A DNA stretch of 64,000 nt from an uncultured Bdellovibrionales bacterium. Lineage in GTDB: Bacteria; Patescibacteriota; Minisyncoccia; Moranbacterales; UBA1568. The DNA lies in NCBI GenBank assembly GCA_964594215.1, contig CAZQLN010000003.1:25447-89446 (forward strand). Direction: 5' to 3'. The position numbers and the translations under genes were made by a program. Every line of letters starts with the position of its first letter. Within the stretch, counting starts at the first letter, position 1. Of this stretch, positions 27,902-37,357 are shown piece by piece. Under the pieces are notes generated by a model. It was not told where the DNA came from, made no database searches, and saw only the letters and a list, made by a program, of their open reading frames with translations.

Positions 27902-29089
27902 ATGGAGATTGATATGGAAAAGCTTCAGTCAAATATCTGGAAGCTGTCGATGATTCGAGTTTTCAGGAGCTTCATGTTGATCATGTCAGTGATCACTCTC
28001 TTTTATCGAGAGAATGGTTTGACAGTACACGATATATTTTTGCTTCAAGCAATTTTTTCCCTCTTTGTTCTGTCGCTCGATATACCCACGGGGTATTTTG
28101 CTGACATATTTACTCGCAGAGCCTCCATTGTGATTGGAGGCATCATCTCAACTCTTGGTTGGGTGGTATACGCTCTGTCACTTGGTTTCTGGGGATTTCT
28201 CTTAGCTGAGATTATCTTGGGTATTGGCATGAGCTTCATATCAAGTGCTGATTCGGCGATGCTCCATGATACCCTCCAGGCCATGACTCGAGAAGAGGAG
28301 TACGGAAAGCAAGAGTCAAAAAATCAGGGACTAGGACTTTATTCTGAGGCAATTTCTTCTGTGATAGGGGGTTCACTGGCAGTAATTAGCTTGAGACTAC
28401 CGCTGATAGTTGATATTTTCACCACAGCTCTTATTATTCCACTCGCTCTTTCTTTGACTGAGCCAGTGAGGATAAGAATCTCTCAGCAGAAGTCACATCT
28501 CAAAGAGATGCTTGAGGTGGTACGCTATGCCCTTTTTGGACATAAAGAGGTCGGATTACTCATTTTATATTATGGATTAGTGAGTGCCTCTACCCTTACC
28601 ATGGTCTGGTTTAGTCAGCCGTACATGTTGGCTTCTGGTTTGCCTATTATGTATTTCGGAATTGTCTGGTCTGGACTTCTCCTCACAACAGGTTTTCTCA
28701 CGGGTAAAGCTGAACGTATTGAAAAGTTCTTCGGAAGAAAGAATGCACTGATTACTTTATGGCTGCTCCCTGTCTTAGGGTATACCTTAACTGGGATCTT
28801 TATGCCAGTTTGGAGCTTTAGCTTTCTACTCTGCTTCTATGTGACAAGGGGAGTGATTAATCCAGTACTTCTGGATTATACTAATAGACTGATAGCATCA
28901 GATATACGAGCCACAGTTCTTTCGGTGAAGAGTGTGCCAGGAAGATTGATCTTTATGATTCTTGGACCAGGTGTGAGTTATATCAGTGATAGTGTTTCAC
29001 TACAAGTGGCCCTTCTAGTCACTGGCGGAGTATTTTTTCTTGGTGGGGGGATAGTTATCCTTTTGATGTATCGAGCAAGAGTACTTTAA
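27902..29089 (+). CDS. MFS transporter
   Basis: ~12 hydrophobic segments, IPTGYFADIFTRR, SSADSAMLHDTL, RATVLS. The start may be ATG 27914. Confidence 0.9.
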   Translation: MEIDMEKLQSNIWKLSMIRVFRSFMLIMSVITLFYRENGLTVHDIFLLQAIFSLFVLSLDIPTGYFADIFTRRASIVIGGIISTLGWVVYALSLGFWGFLLAEIILGIGMSFISSADSAMLHDTLQAMTREEEYGKQESKNQGLGLYSEAISSVIGGSLAVISLRLPLIVDIFTTALIIPLALSLTEPVRIRISQQKSHLKEMLEVVRYALFGHKEVGLLILYYGLVSASTLTMVWFSQPYMLASGLPIMYFGIVWSGLLLTTGFLTGKAERIEKFFGRKNALITLWLLPVLGYTLTGIFMPVWSFSFLLCFYVTRGVINPVLLDYTNRLIASDIRATVLSVKSVPGRLIFMILGPGVSYISDSVSLQVALLVTGGVFFLGGGIVILLMYRARVL

Positions 29090-29091
29090 GT

Positions 29092-29131
29092 AAAGCGGTG
29101 GGTATTGTTAATACCTCACCGCTTTTTCTTT
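29092..29131 (+). terminator. intrinsic terminator after the MFS gene
   Basis: aaagcggtg-ggtatt-gtt-aatacc-t-caccgcttt followed by T-runs. Confidence 0.8.
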
Positions 29132-29160
29132 TTTTGGAGAATAAGCTCATAGCGGAACCC

Positions 29161-29189
29161 TTGACTTTTAGGAGTTTTGGGTGTATAAT
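29161..29189 (+). promoter_or_regulatory. near-consensus sigma70 promoter
   Basis: TTGACT-17 nt-TATAAT. Confidence 0.8.
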
Positions 29190-29248
29190 AGTACGTTGCA
29201 GTGGTAATTTTGCTTCTGCACAACAGTTCTTACACAAGGAGATAAACC

Positions 29249-29797
29249 GTGTTTCATTCGCTGCGTACATTCGCCGCGAAGATCGCGGCGAATATTATAT
29301 CTCATCGAGTACGGATAGGTACGATAGCTGTAGGTATTGCTACGAACAAGACCATTAATTGGACTTTCGAATTCGTACTCTATCCACTAGTTATTGCACG
29401 TCTTGGCCTGATAATAGGCGGCAGTGTGATGACAATTCTCTCTTTTGTACTATCATATCTTATGCTTTTGGGGTACACCTGGTCAAAGCGTGATTGGCTA
29501 GGGATTGAAACTCTAAAGAATTTAAGAGAGCATTCTGGTGCAAATCGGTGGCAAAAATATATGGCCCAGGTAATGCGAAGAGGAAATTGGCTAGCGTTCA
29601 TTTTTCTCTCAGTGTTTTCTGAACCTGTTGTTACAACGCTGTATATGCGTCGTGGCGCCCACGAGTACAATAAGTTAGATAGAAGTGACTGGCAGATTTT
29701 TGTTGCCTCAACTTTGATTAGCAACTTCTTTTGGACACTCGGAGTAGGCTTCTTGATATGGCTCTTTCGAATGTTTATTGGATCAACTGGCGCATGA
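29249..29797 (+). CDS. hypothetical membrane protein
   Basis: GTG start with AAGGAG SD, several TM segments, own promoter and terminator. Confidence 0.7.
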   Translation: MFHSLRTFAAKIAANIISHRVRIGTIAVGIATNKTINWTFEFVLYPLVIARLGLIIGGSVMTILSFVLSYLMLLGYTWSKRDWLGIETLKNLREHSGANRWQKYMAQVMRRGNWLAFIFLSVFSEPVVTTLYMRRGAHEYNKLDRSDWQIFVASTLISNFFWTLGVGFLIWLFRMFIGSTGA

Positions 29798-29830
29798 TTT
29801 AACTAAGGGTTAATCATGCGTCTTTTTTCT
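29789..29830 (+). terminator. intrinsic terminator
   Basis: ggcgcatgatt...aatcatgcgtc followed by T6. Confidence 0.8.
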
Positions 29831-29881
29831 TGCCCTTTTTGCTTAAATTCTATACAATTTAATTAAGAAACAAAAACTTCT

Positions 29882-30295
29882 ATGAGGAATGGACGAACTT
29901 GGGTGTATCTTTTGGGGTTTTTAATTTTGCTTTCCTCGGCAATCCTTTTCTATAGGATCTTTATCCTAAAGGACTATATCATTACTGCTCAGAGCCAGTG
30001 TAACCCTAACCTAGAAACCTGTTTTGTTATTGATTGTACTGAAGGTGATTTAGAGTGTGAAGGACCTACTTACTATAGGAATATTAAAGTGAGAGCAGTT
30101 GACACAACTTGTGGTTTAGAAGATCCGAGGTGTTTGTATGATTTTGCTTGTAGTGAAGAGTCAGGAAATTGCGAAATTGAGTACTGTGATGATTCGAATG
30201 TTCTTGAAGAAGAACGTTGTAGCGGTGAGGAGGATAAAGAAGTTCAGGAACTAGAAGACACCGGTGCTACAGAAGAGATTGAAACAGTATTATGA
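29882..30295 (+). CDS. membrane-anchored 10-Cys acidic protein (copy 1)
   Basis: N-terminal TM helix, KDY, CNP..ETCF, 10 Cys. Confidence 0.8.
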   Translation: MRNGRTWVYLLGFLILLSSAILFYRIFILKDYIITAQSQCNPNLETCFVIDCTEGDLECEGPTYYRNIKVRAVDTTCGLEDPRCLYDFACSEESGNCEIEYCDDSNVLEEERCSGEEDKEVQELEDTGATEEIETVL

Positions 30296-31068
30296 ATGAA
30301 TTAGTAAATCACGATAAAAATGGCGTTTATAGCAAGTTTTTTGATGCTATAACAGAAGTAAAGGCTCGCTGGGAAAATGATGATTTAAGAAAGGCTGTCG
30401 AAGAAAGGTTGGGAGGTGATATACCAGAAGTTTTTCAACAAGGTCCAAAGGCAACTATTGTAAGGTATATTGCTAGTCCTAATGTAGAGTCCTATTACTT
30501 TCATGATTTAGCAGAGTTAAGTGGCTTGGATCCTTTATATCTTGAGTTTACACAAGATAAGTTTGTAGCTAAAAATCCCTCAAAGTATCATTTGTGTAAA
30601 CTATCCTCAGTAAGTGAGGAAAATAGTGGTGAAAAGTCCGTAAAGGTTGTAGATTTTAATAAGTATGAGGGTAAGCTCCTGAGTGAGATTGAGACATTGA
30701 ATGGAAAAAGGTTAGTTCAATTCCACCATGATCTTTTCACTAAATCTAGTGCCGGAATACAGAAGCCTTTTATATACGATTTCTCAGAATGGTTTCTAAA
30801 GCATAGGAATAAGAATGGTTTCTACTATTTCGACTATCTTGCACTTTTTGTTTGTCATGGCGTCCTTTTTGAAAATTTCTTAGGAGACAAAGAAGAGTCT
30901 AATTTCACAGATGAAATAGTTAAGCCTGCTTTTGAGGAAATAGAGAGAGTTTTCGGTGTTAAACCTCTTATTTTTCCTTTACAGCCTATCAAAGTTGAGG
31001 AACATAAAAATTGGTATGGGTATAAGGACGCTTTACTCGAAGAAATTAGAGAAGAAATAACAAAATAG
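30292..31068 (+). CDS. hypothetical soluble protein, unknown family
   Basis: 258-aa ORF with an ATGA overlap to the upstream gene; ends 2 nt before the kinase. Confidence 0.8.
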   Translation: MNELVNHDKNGVYSKFFDAITEVKARWENDDLRKAVEERLGGDIPEVFQQGPKATIVRYIASPNVESYYFHDLAELSGLDPLYLEFTQDKFVAKNPSKYHLCKLSSVSEENSGEKSVKVVDFNKYEGKLLSEIETLNGKRLVQFHHDLFTKSSAGIQKPFIYDFSEWFLKHRNKNGFYYFDYLALFVCHGVLFENFLGDKEESNFTDEIVKPAFEEIERVFGVKPLIFPLQPIKVEEHKNWYGYKDALLEEIREEITK

Positions 31069-31070
31069 AT

Positions 31071-32762
31071 ATGGATAGTTTAATTGTAGGAAATTTAGAG
31101 TATTGCGGAGAGATTGTTCAAGATACTGTGGATTTGCTTTATTATTCACACTTTTCTACCATTATTCTCTCACTTTTTATTTCATCTTTTGTTTTTTTTA
31201 AAAATAGAAGTTCTGTTGCTGCTAAGCTTCTTTTTGTAATGTGTTTAACTTTTGCGTTGTGGACTTCTGTTGATCTTACGGTATGGCTCACGTATGATTT
31301 CTCGGCTCTTTCAGTTTTTTTATGGGCCTTTTTTGGAATTTTCTATCTTCTTATATTTGTTTTCGCATATATTTTTTTTGCTGTTTTTTCTCAAGAAAAG
31401 GACGACATTTCTCTCGGAGAAAAAACATTTCTTTCATTTTTAATTGCCCCCGTAATTCTCTTGATGCCATTTCAGTACAACGTGGTTGGATACGATGCCG
31501 TTGATTGCATTGTTACGGAGGGCACTTTCTATTCAAGTTACTACTATTTAGCAAGTCTCCTTATAATCTTTGCTGTCTTTTTAAAGGGCATACTTGTTTA
31601 TAAAAAAACTGAACAAAAGGAGAAAAAACAACAAATATTGTACTTATTAGCAGGCCTTATTCCTTTCCTTTCGTTATTCTTTTCTCTTGGATTTCTGGTC
31701 TCATATCTTGTGAATAACGGAGTAATTGGAGAATTTGGTTTTGAACAGTATGGACTTTTTGGAATGCCTATCTTTGTAGCTATTATTGGTTATATAGTTG
31801 TTCGTTTTAAAGCTTTTGATGTTAAGTTAATCGGAGCACAGGCGCTGATATTCATTCTGGTTGCTCTTATTGGGTCTCAGTTTTTTTATGCAAAATCTCA
31901 GACTGACTATACCTTAGATGCACTTACTTTGATTGCTGTACTTATTGTAGGATACTTTCTAATTCGTTCAGTCAAAAAAGAAATTGAAAGGAAAGAACAA
32001 TTAGAGAAGTTGTCATATAGCTTAGAAAAGGCTAATGATCGGCTCGAGGAGCTCGACAAGCAGAAGTCGGAGTTTATCTCGATTGCTTCACACCAGCTTC
32101 GTACACCGCTGACCGCTATTCGAGGGTATATCTCGCTGGCACTCGAGGGAGCTTATGGTAAGGTCAAGGGGACTCCGATAGAAGATATAATGAATAAGAT
32201 GTACACCATCGATCTGCGACTCTCACAGTTGGTGGAGGATCTGCTCAATGTTTCTAAGATCGAAGCTGGTAAAGTGCAATACAAATGGGAGAGTGTCACT
32301 CTCGATCCTATTGTGAGTGAACTCTATGATATGTTTGCTGTTTTGGCTGAGAAGAAAGGGCTCAAACTTCACATGATCAAACCAGAGACTCAGCTTCCAG
32401 TAATGAAGCTTGATATCAATAAAATCAAAGAGATTCTCTCTAACCTGATCGATAATGCTATCAAATACACAGAGAAGGGCAGCGTGACTATCCGAGTAGA
32501 GCAAGATGCTACAGTAGCTCGAGTAGTGATCGAGGACACTGGTATCGGTATTTCCAAAGAGGATGCTTTGCGTTTATTCGGGAAGTTTATCCGTACGGAG
32601 ACTACTCAGAAGATGGATGCTGGTGGTAGCGGGCTCGGCTTGTTTGTGGGCAAGACTTTTGTTGAGGGTCATGGCGGAAGAGTCTATGCTACGAGTGAGG
32701 GTGTAGGTAAGGGTTCGAGCTTCATCGTAGAGTTGCCTCTGATTAATCCAAATGCTTCTTAG
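31071..32762 (+). CDS. sensor histidine kinase with a multi-TM (~7TM) N-terminal sensor (copy 1)
   Basis: ASHQLRTPL H-box, NLIDNAIKYT, DTGIG, GSGLGL. Confidence 0.93.
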   Translation: MDSLIVGNLEYCGEIVQDTVDLLYYSHFSTIILSLFISSFVFFKNRSSVAAKLLFVMCLTFALWTSVDLTVWLTYDFSALSVFLWAFFGIFYLLIFVFAYIFFAVFSQEKDDISLGEKTFLSFLIAPVILLMPFQYNVVGYDAVDCIVTEGTFYSSYYYLASLLIIFAVFLKGILVYKKTEQKEKKQQILYLLAGLIPFLSLFFSLGFLVSYLVNNGVIGEFGFEQYGLFGMPIFVAIIGYIVVRFKAFDVKLIGAQALIFILVALIGSQFFYAKSQTDYTLDALTLIAVLIVGYFLIRSVKKEIERKEQLEKLSYSLEKANDRLEELDKQKSEFISIASHQLRTPLTAIRGYISLALEGAYGKVKGTPIEDIMNKMYTIDLRLSQLVEDLLNVSKIEAGKVQYKWESVTLDPIVSELYDMFAVLAEKKGLKLHMIKPETQLPVMKLDINKIKEILSNLIDNAIKYTEKGSVTIRVEQDATVARVVIEDTGIGISKEDALRLFGKFIRTETTQKMDAGGSGLGLFVGKTFVEGHGGRVYATSEGVGKGSSFIVELPLINPNAS

Positions 32763-32765
32763 CCT

Positions 32766-33362
32766 ATGAATGTCAAAGATACATTTCTGGTAGTTCTATG
32801 GATCATCATTTTTGGCGTTTCTACAGCTGTATCTTTCAAGGTGTATTTCTTAGACAAGGATTATGATTTTGTGACTCTAGTTCCTTGTGATCCTATGACA
32901 GAAGTGTGTTTTGTGGCAACGTGTGATCCAGAGAGTGACACATACTTAGAAGATATCTGTTTGACTGCAGAAGAAGGGCAGACAGAGAGGTATTTCAACT
33001 ATATTAGAAAGAAAATGAAGAATGTAGACCAGTGTGATTCTCGTGATGAAGAATGTGCGCCTCTTGTTTGTGAGGAAAATGAAGAGGGGTGCGAGATAAT
33101 TACCTGTAACGAAGAAACGTTAGCAGAGTATGCAGATGAGGGCACTGAGTGTAGTGAGATAATTATCCCAGAAGAAGAGACTGTAGAAGAAGAATCAACT
33201 GAAGCAGCCCCCGAAGAAGAGGTTCCTTCAGCTTCTCCAGAAACAGAAGTAGCTCCAGCGCCTGTGGTTGAAGAGACTATACCTCAGACAGCTCCAGAAC
33301 CAGCTCCGGCCCCTACGGAAGCTCCTCTAGATTCAGAGCCAACCCATAACCTGCCTATTTAA
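32766..33362 (+). CDS. membrane-anchored 10-Cys acidic protein (copy 2) with a Pro/Glu-rich tail
   Basis: TM helix, KDY, CDP..EVCF, 10 Cys in the same pattern as 29882..30295. Confidence 0.8.
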   Translation: MNVKDTFLVVLWIIIFGVSTAVSFKVYFLDKDYDFVTLVPCDPMTEVCFVATCDPESDTYLEDICLTAEEGQTERYFNYIRKKMKNVDQCDSRDEECAPLVCEENEEGCEIITCNEETLAEYADEGTECSEIIIPEEETVEEESTEAAPEEEVPSASPETEVAPAPVVEETIPQTAPEPAPAPTEAPLDSEPTHNLPI

Positions 33363-33371
33363 AGTACGTCT

Positions 33372-35072
33372 ATGTTTAATCCACTTGCCTGTGAATGGGT
33401 ACCAACGACACTGATAGGGCTTTCTGCCAATGTATCGGACAATGTCATCTACTATTCTCACTATGGGCCGCTTCTTTTGGCCGTAGCTATGTTTTTGTTT
33501 ATCTTTTTTACTGACAGAGCTCTTTATCTTAACAAGGTATTGATGACCATGATTGGTTTTGTGTGTCTGTGGGTAATGACAGATATGTATCTCTGGGTAG
33601 CAGCCACTGGTCATGAAACAATGTTCTTCTGGGCAATTCTAGTTTTCTTTGAAACCTCAATCTATGTTTCAGCTCTGTATTTTACGTATGTTTTCATTCA
33701 GCAGAAAGCACCACACTTTTTCTTCAAACTGCTAGGAGTTTTATTTTATTTAGCACCAGCTATTCTTTTGCCAACTAAGTATACTCTTGATTTTTATGAC
33801 TTACGGAATTGTGATCGTGATGTCGTAGAGGGTCCAGTGATCTTTTATCTCTATATTCCATATGGAGCTATCATGGCCCTTATTGCTTGTATCGCACTCT
33901 ATGGTGCCTGGAAGCAACGTGAGCGAGCTCGAGAGATTCTCACGGTTAGTTTCGGAGCTCTGATGTTCCTCTCTACCTTCTTCTGGGGCTTGGTGGCTGG
34001 ATCTTTCACTGAGGATTGGCTTTTGAGTCAGGCAGGATTGTTCGGTCTGCCGGTGTTTATTGGTTTCTTAGCTTATGCCACTACTCGTTATGAGACCCTT
34101 AGAGTTAAGCTGGTTTCTGTGCAGTTCTTCGTGGCTTCAGTCATGCTCCTTATTGGAGCACAGTTGTTCTTCGTGGAGGAGACACTAGGTATCATCTTGA
34201 TCATTTGTACTCTTATTCTTACTACTTTGTTTAGTATGATCATGACAAGGGCTATCAAGACAGAGTTGAAACGTAAAGAAGATCTTCAAGAATTAACCGT
34301 ATCTCTCACCACTGCTAACAAGCAACTCAAAGAGCTCGATAATGCTAAGACGGAGTTCCTCTCGATTGCTTCTCACCAGCTCCGTACGCCGCTAACCGCT
34401 ATCAAGGGCTATATTTCATTGATTCTCGAAGGCTCCTATGGTGAGGTGAGTGCGAGTGTGCAAGATGTTTTGAATAAGCTCTATCTGGTGAATAGTCGCA
34501 TGGTTAATCTGGCAGAGGATCTCTTGAACGTGACCCGTATCGATGCTGGTCGAGTCCAGTACAATTATCACAAGGCTGTACTTGAAAAAGTGCTACAGGA
34601 AGCGGTAGAGGTATTTCGTCTCACCGCTCAAGAAAAGGGTCTGGTTTTGACCCTCGACCTACCAGAAACTCCGCTACCAGAAATGATGATTGATGCTCGT
34701 AAGATCCAGGAAGTATGTTCAAATTTGATTGATAACTCGATCAAATATACCAAACAGGGCAGCGTGGCGGTCAAGTTGGAAGCCTTACAAGATCGAGCGG
34801 TTATTAGTGTCAAGGATACGGGTATTGGTATTCTTCCGGAAAACAAAGATAAACTTTTCGCCAAATTCGTACGCAGTAAAGAGACAAATATTCTTGATGT
34901 TTCTGGTACGGGCCTGGGTCTGTATGTGGGCAAGAACTTCGTGGAGGCTCATGGAGGACGGATTTATGCTGAATCAGAGGGTAGGGATATGGGATCTAAG
35001 TTCATTATCGAACTTCCATATATCAATCCTATGCTCAATGCCATCTCTCCAAACTGGATGATCGAGAATTAG
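33372..35072 (+). CDS. sensor histidine kinase with a multi-TM (~7TM) N-terminal sensor (copy 2)
   Basis: ASHQLRTPL, NLIDNSIKYT, DTGIG, GTGLGL. Confidence 0.93.
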   Translation: MFNPLACEWVPTTLIGLSANVSDNVIYYSHYGPLLLAVAMFLFIFFTDRALYLNKVLMTMIGFVCLWVMTDMYLWVAATGHETMFFWAILVFFETSIYVSALYFTYVFIQQKAPHFFFKLLGVLFYLAPAILLPTKYTLDFYDLRNCDRDVVEGPVIFYLYIPYGAIMALIACIALYGAWKQRERAREILTVSFGALMFLSTFFWGLVAGSFTEDWLLSQAGLFGLPVFIGFLAYATTRYETLRVKLVSVQFFVASVMLLIGAQLFFVEETLGIILIICTLILTTLFSMIMTRAIKTELKRKEDLQELTVSLTTANKQLKELDNAKTEFLSIASHQLRTPLTAIKGYISLILEGSYGEVSASVQDVLNKLYLVNSRMVNLAEDLLNVTRIDAGRVQYNYHKAVLEKVLQEAVEVFRLTAQEKGLVLTLDLPETPLPEMMIDARKIQEVCSNLIDNSIKYTKQGSVAVKLEALQDRAVISVKDTGIGILPENKDKLFAKFVRSKETNILDVSGTGLGLYVGKNFVEAHGGRIYAESEGRDMGSKFIIELPYINPMLNAISPNWMIEN

Positions 35073-35131
35073 AGGGTAATTTGTAAAAACCCTTCTATTG
35101 AGGTATATTTAAGGTACTAATTTGATATTTT

Positions 35132-35971
35132 ATGGCTCGAGTCCTTCTTGTAGAAGATGATCCGTTCATCGGTGAAATCTATATCAAAAAATTTGAAGCA
35201 TCTGGTTTTGACGTGCTCAATGTGGTAACCGGTAAGGCTGTATTGAAGGCGGTAGCTGAAAACGGACCTTTTGATATCGTCCTCTTGGATTTAGTCATAC
35301 CTGAAATGAGTGGTATGGAGGTGCTCCAAGAGCTTCGTACCAAACCTGATTATCCGAAGGACCTTAAGATAGTGGTTTTCAGTAATCTATCCAGTCAGGA
35401 GGATAGAGATCAGTGTATAGCCCTTGGTGCCAACGGCTTCATCTCCAAGACAGAATTTTCACCTTCAGAGGTTATCGAAGAGGTGAATCGTTTTCTTCGT
35501 CAGTGGAGTGAGCAGGGAAAAAATGAGGTTCGTATGAATCCAGCCCCAGCTACTCCTACCACAGAAACTGCTGCGCCAGCTCCTGCTACTACCGCTAAGA
35601 AGATTCTTCTTATTGAAGATCAAGAAGATTTCGTAGAGATGTTTGGTAAGCGTCTTCAGGATGAAGGTTATGCAGTGACTATCGCTCGTGATGGCAAGGC
35701 TGGTCTAGATGAAGCAACTGCCAATGACTATGATATGATCATCTCAGATATCTTAATGCCGAGTATGAATGGTCATGAGATGGTAGTGAAGCTTCGTGAG
35801 ACTGAAGCTGGTAGAAATATTCCGATCTTTCTTTTTTCTGCTTCTGTGGAAGTCGAAAATCTTCATGAGTTGACTGAGGCAGGGATAGTCAATCGAGTCT
35901 TCGAGAAGACTCAACTGACCCCAAGTGAACTCGCTTACGCAGTCAATGATTTTTTTGCCGGCAAGAAGTAA
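35132..35971 (+). CDS. response regulator with two receiver domains and no output domain
   Basis: LLVEDD...LLDLVIP and LLIEDQ...ISDILMP joined by a Pro/Ala/Thr linker. Confidence 0.9.
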   Translation: MARVLLVEDDPFIGEIYIKKFEASGFDVLNVVTGKAVLKAVAENGPFDIVLLDLVIPEMSGMEVLQELRTKPDYPKDLKIVVFSNLSSQEDRDQCIALGANGFISKTEFSPSEVIEEVNRFLRQWSEQGKNEVRMNPAPATPTTETAAPAPATTAKKILLIEDQEDFVEMFGKRLQDEGYAVTIARDGKAGLDEATANDYDMIISDILMPSMNGHEMVVKLRETEAGRNIPIFLFSASVEVENLHELTEAGIVNRVFEKTQLTPSELAYAVNDFFAGKK

Positions 35972-35978
35972 TATTATT

Positions 35979-37298
35979 ATGGAACGAGTGTTGATACAAG
36001 ACGCTCCACAGCATGTTGGAGAAGTCGTGAAAATGAGCGGTTGGATAGATGTCAGAAGGGATCATGGAAAGATGATCTTTTTTGTCTTGCGTGATCGTAC
36101 AGGTCGTATCCAGAGTATCGTACTCCCTGATGCTCCAGAGGTAATAGAGGTGGCTTCTCATGTCAAAATCCAGTCTGCTGTTCAGGTAGAGGGGCTGGTC
36201 AAGGAGCGACCTAACAAAAAAGCCACTCCTGGTAGTTTAGATACTTATGAACTAGAACTAAAAAGTCTCACCGTGCTTGGTAGTCCAGTAGAAGATTTGC
36301 CAATTGATGTCTCCCAAGTGGAGATGGGGCTTCAACTAGATACTCTTTTGAATAATCGTACTATCGCTCTTCGTAATGATAAGATTCGAGGCATATTCAC
36401 TATGTACTCTGAGCTCCTTGCTTCTTACGAACAGGCTATGAGAGGGGCTGGCTTTACCGAAATTAAGACCCCGAAGATTCTTGAGGCAGCGACTGAGGGT
36501 GGAGCGAACTTTTTCAAGATTTCCTATTTTGATCGTGAAGCGTATCTCGCTCAGAGCCCGCAGTTCTACAAGCAAGCGGGTATGAGTGTTTTTGAGAGAG
36601 TCTTCGAAATCGGAACGGTGTTTCGGGCCGAACCTCATTTCACTACTCGCCATGTCAATGAGTACACCGGATTTGATGCCGAGATGGGTTTCATTGAAGG
36701 AGTGGAAGATGTCATGGATGCCCTTGAGGAAGCGATGTATGCCATGTTTGAACATATTGCTAAGCATTGTAGCGCAGAACTGGCTCTGCATGATGCCGAA
36801 GCGCCTGCCCGTGTCGCCGTGCCTCGGATACGTCTCACTGAAGCCCTCGAGATTCTCAAGAAAGAATTTGATAAAGAAGTAGAGGATCAAGATATTGATA
36901 GTGAAGGGGAGAGGATGATTTGTCAGTATGTGAAAGAAAAATACGGAAGTGATATGGTATTTCTCACTCATTATCCGACTCACCTCAGACCTTTTTATAG
37001 TATGCCGAGTACTGATGATCCAAAGTATACAGAAACTTTCGATCTTCTTTTTCGTGGAGTAGAAATTGCCTCAGGTGGTCAGCGTATTCATCTACCAGAA
37101 ATGCTCGAAGAAAGTATCAAAGCCAAAGGCCTAAACCCTGATGATTTCAAAGATTACGTCGATATTTTCCGTTTTGGTACCCCACCACACGGTGGTTGGG
37201 GACTTGGTTCAGAGCGCATCATTCAGAGACTTCTTAATCTTGGAAGTATCAAAGAGGCAGTACTCTATCCGCGTGATGTGAAAAGACTCGCCCCATAA
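35979..37298 (+). CDS. aspS: aspartate--tRNA ligase, short archaeal/non-discriminating type
   Basis: TEGGAN, YLAQSPQFYKQ, FRAE, SGGQRIH, PPHGG, YPRD. About 440 aa with no GAD insertion. Confidence 0.92.
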   Translation: MERVLIQDAPQHVGEVVKMSGWIDVRRDHGKMIFFVLRDRTGRIQSIVLPDAPEVIEVASHVKIQSAVQVEGLVKERPNKKATPGSLDTYELELKSLTVLGSPVEDLPIDVSQVEMGLQLDTLLNNRTIALRNDKIRGIFTMYSELLASYEQAMRGAGFTEIKTPKILEAATEGGANFFKISYFDREAYLAQSPQFYKQAGMSVFERVFEIGTVFRAEPHFTTRHVNEYTGFDAEMGFIEGVEDVMDALEEAMYAMFEHIAKHCSAELALHDAEAPARVAVPRIRLTEALEILKKEFDKEVEDQDIDSEGERMICQYVKEKYGSDMVFLTHYPTHLRPFYSMPSTDDPKYTETFDLLFRGVEIASGGQRIHLPEMLEESIKAKGLNPDDFKDYVDIFRFGTPPHGGWGLGSERIIQRLLNLGSIKEAVLYPRDVKRLAP

Positions 37299-37357
37299 GT
37301 GGTCACTTGATAAAAGAAAGAAAAAATGGGATAATATGATTTATCTCATTTATTTTT

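Noticed and set aside
29098-29358. 86-aa ORF after the MFS gene
   Set aside because: It spans a terminator and a promoter and overlaps the better-supported 29249 gene.
36336-36983. 215-aa antisense ORF
   Set aside because: Lies entirely opposite aspS and shows no motifs.
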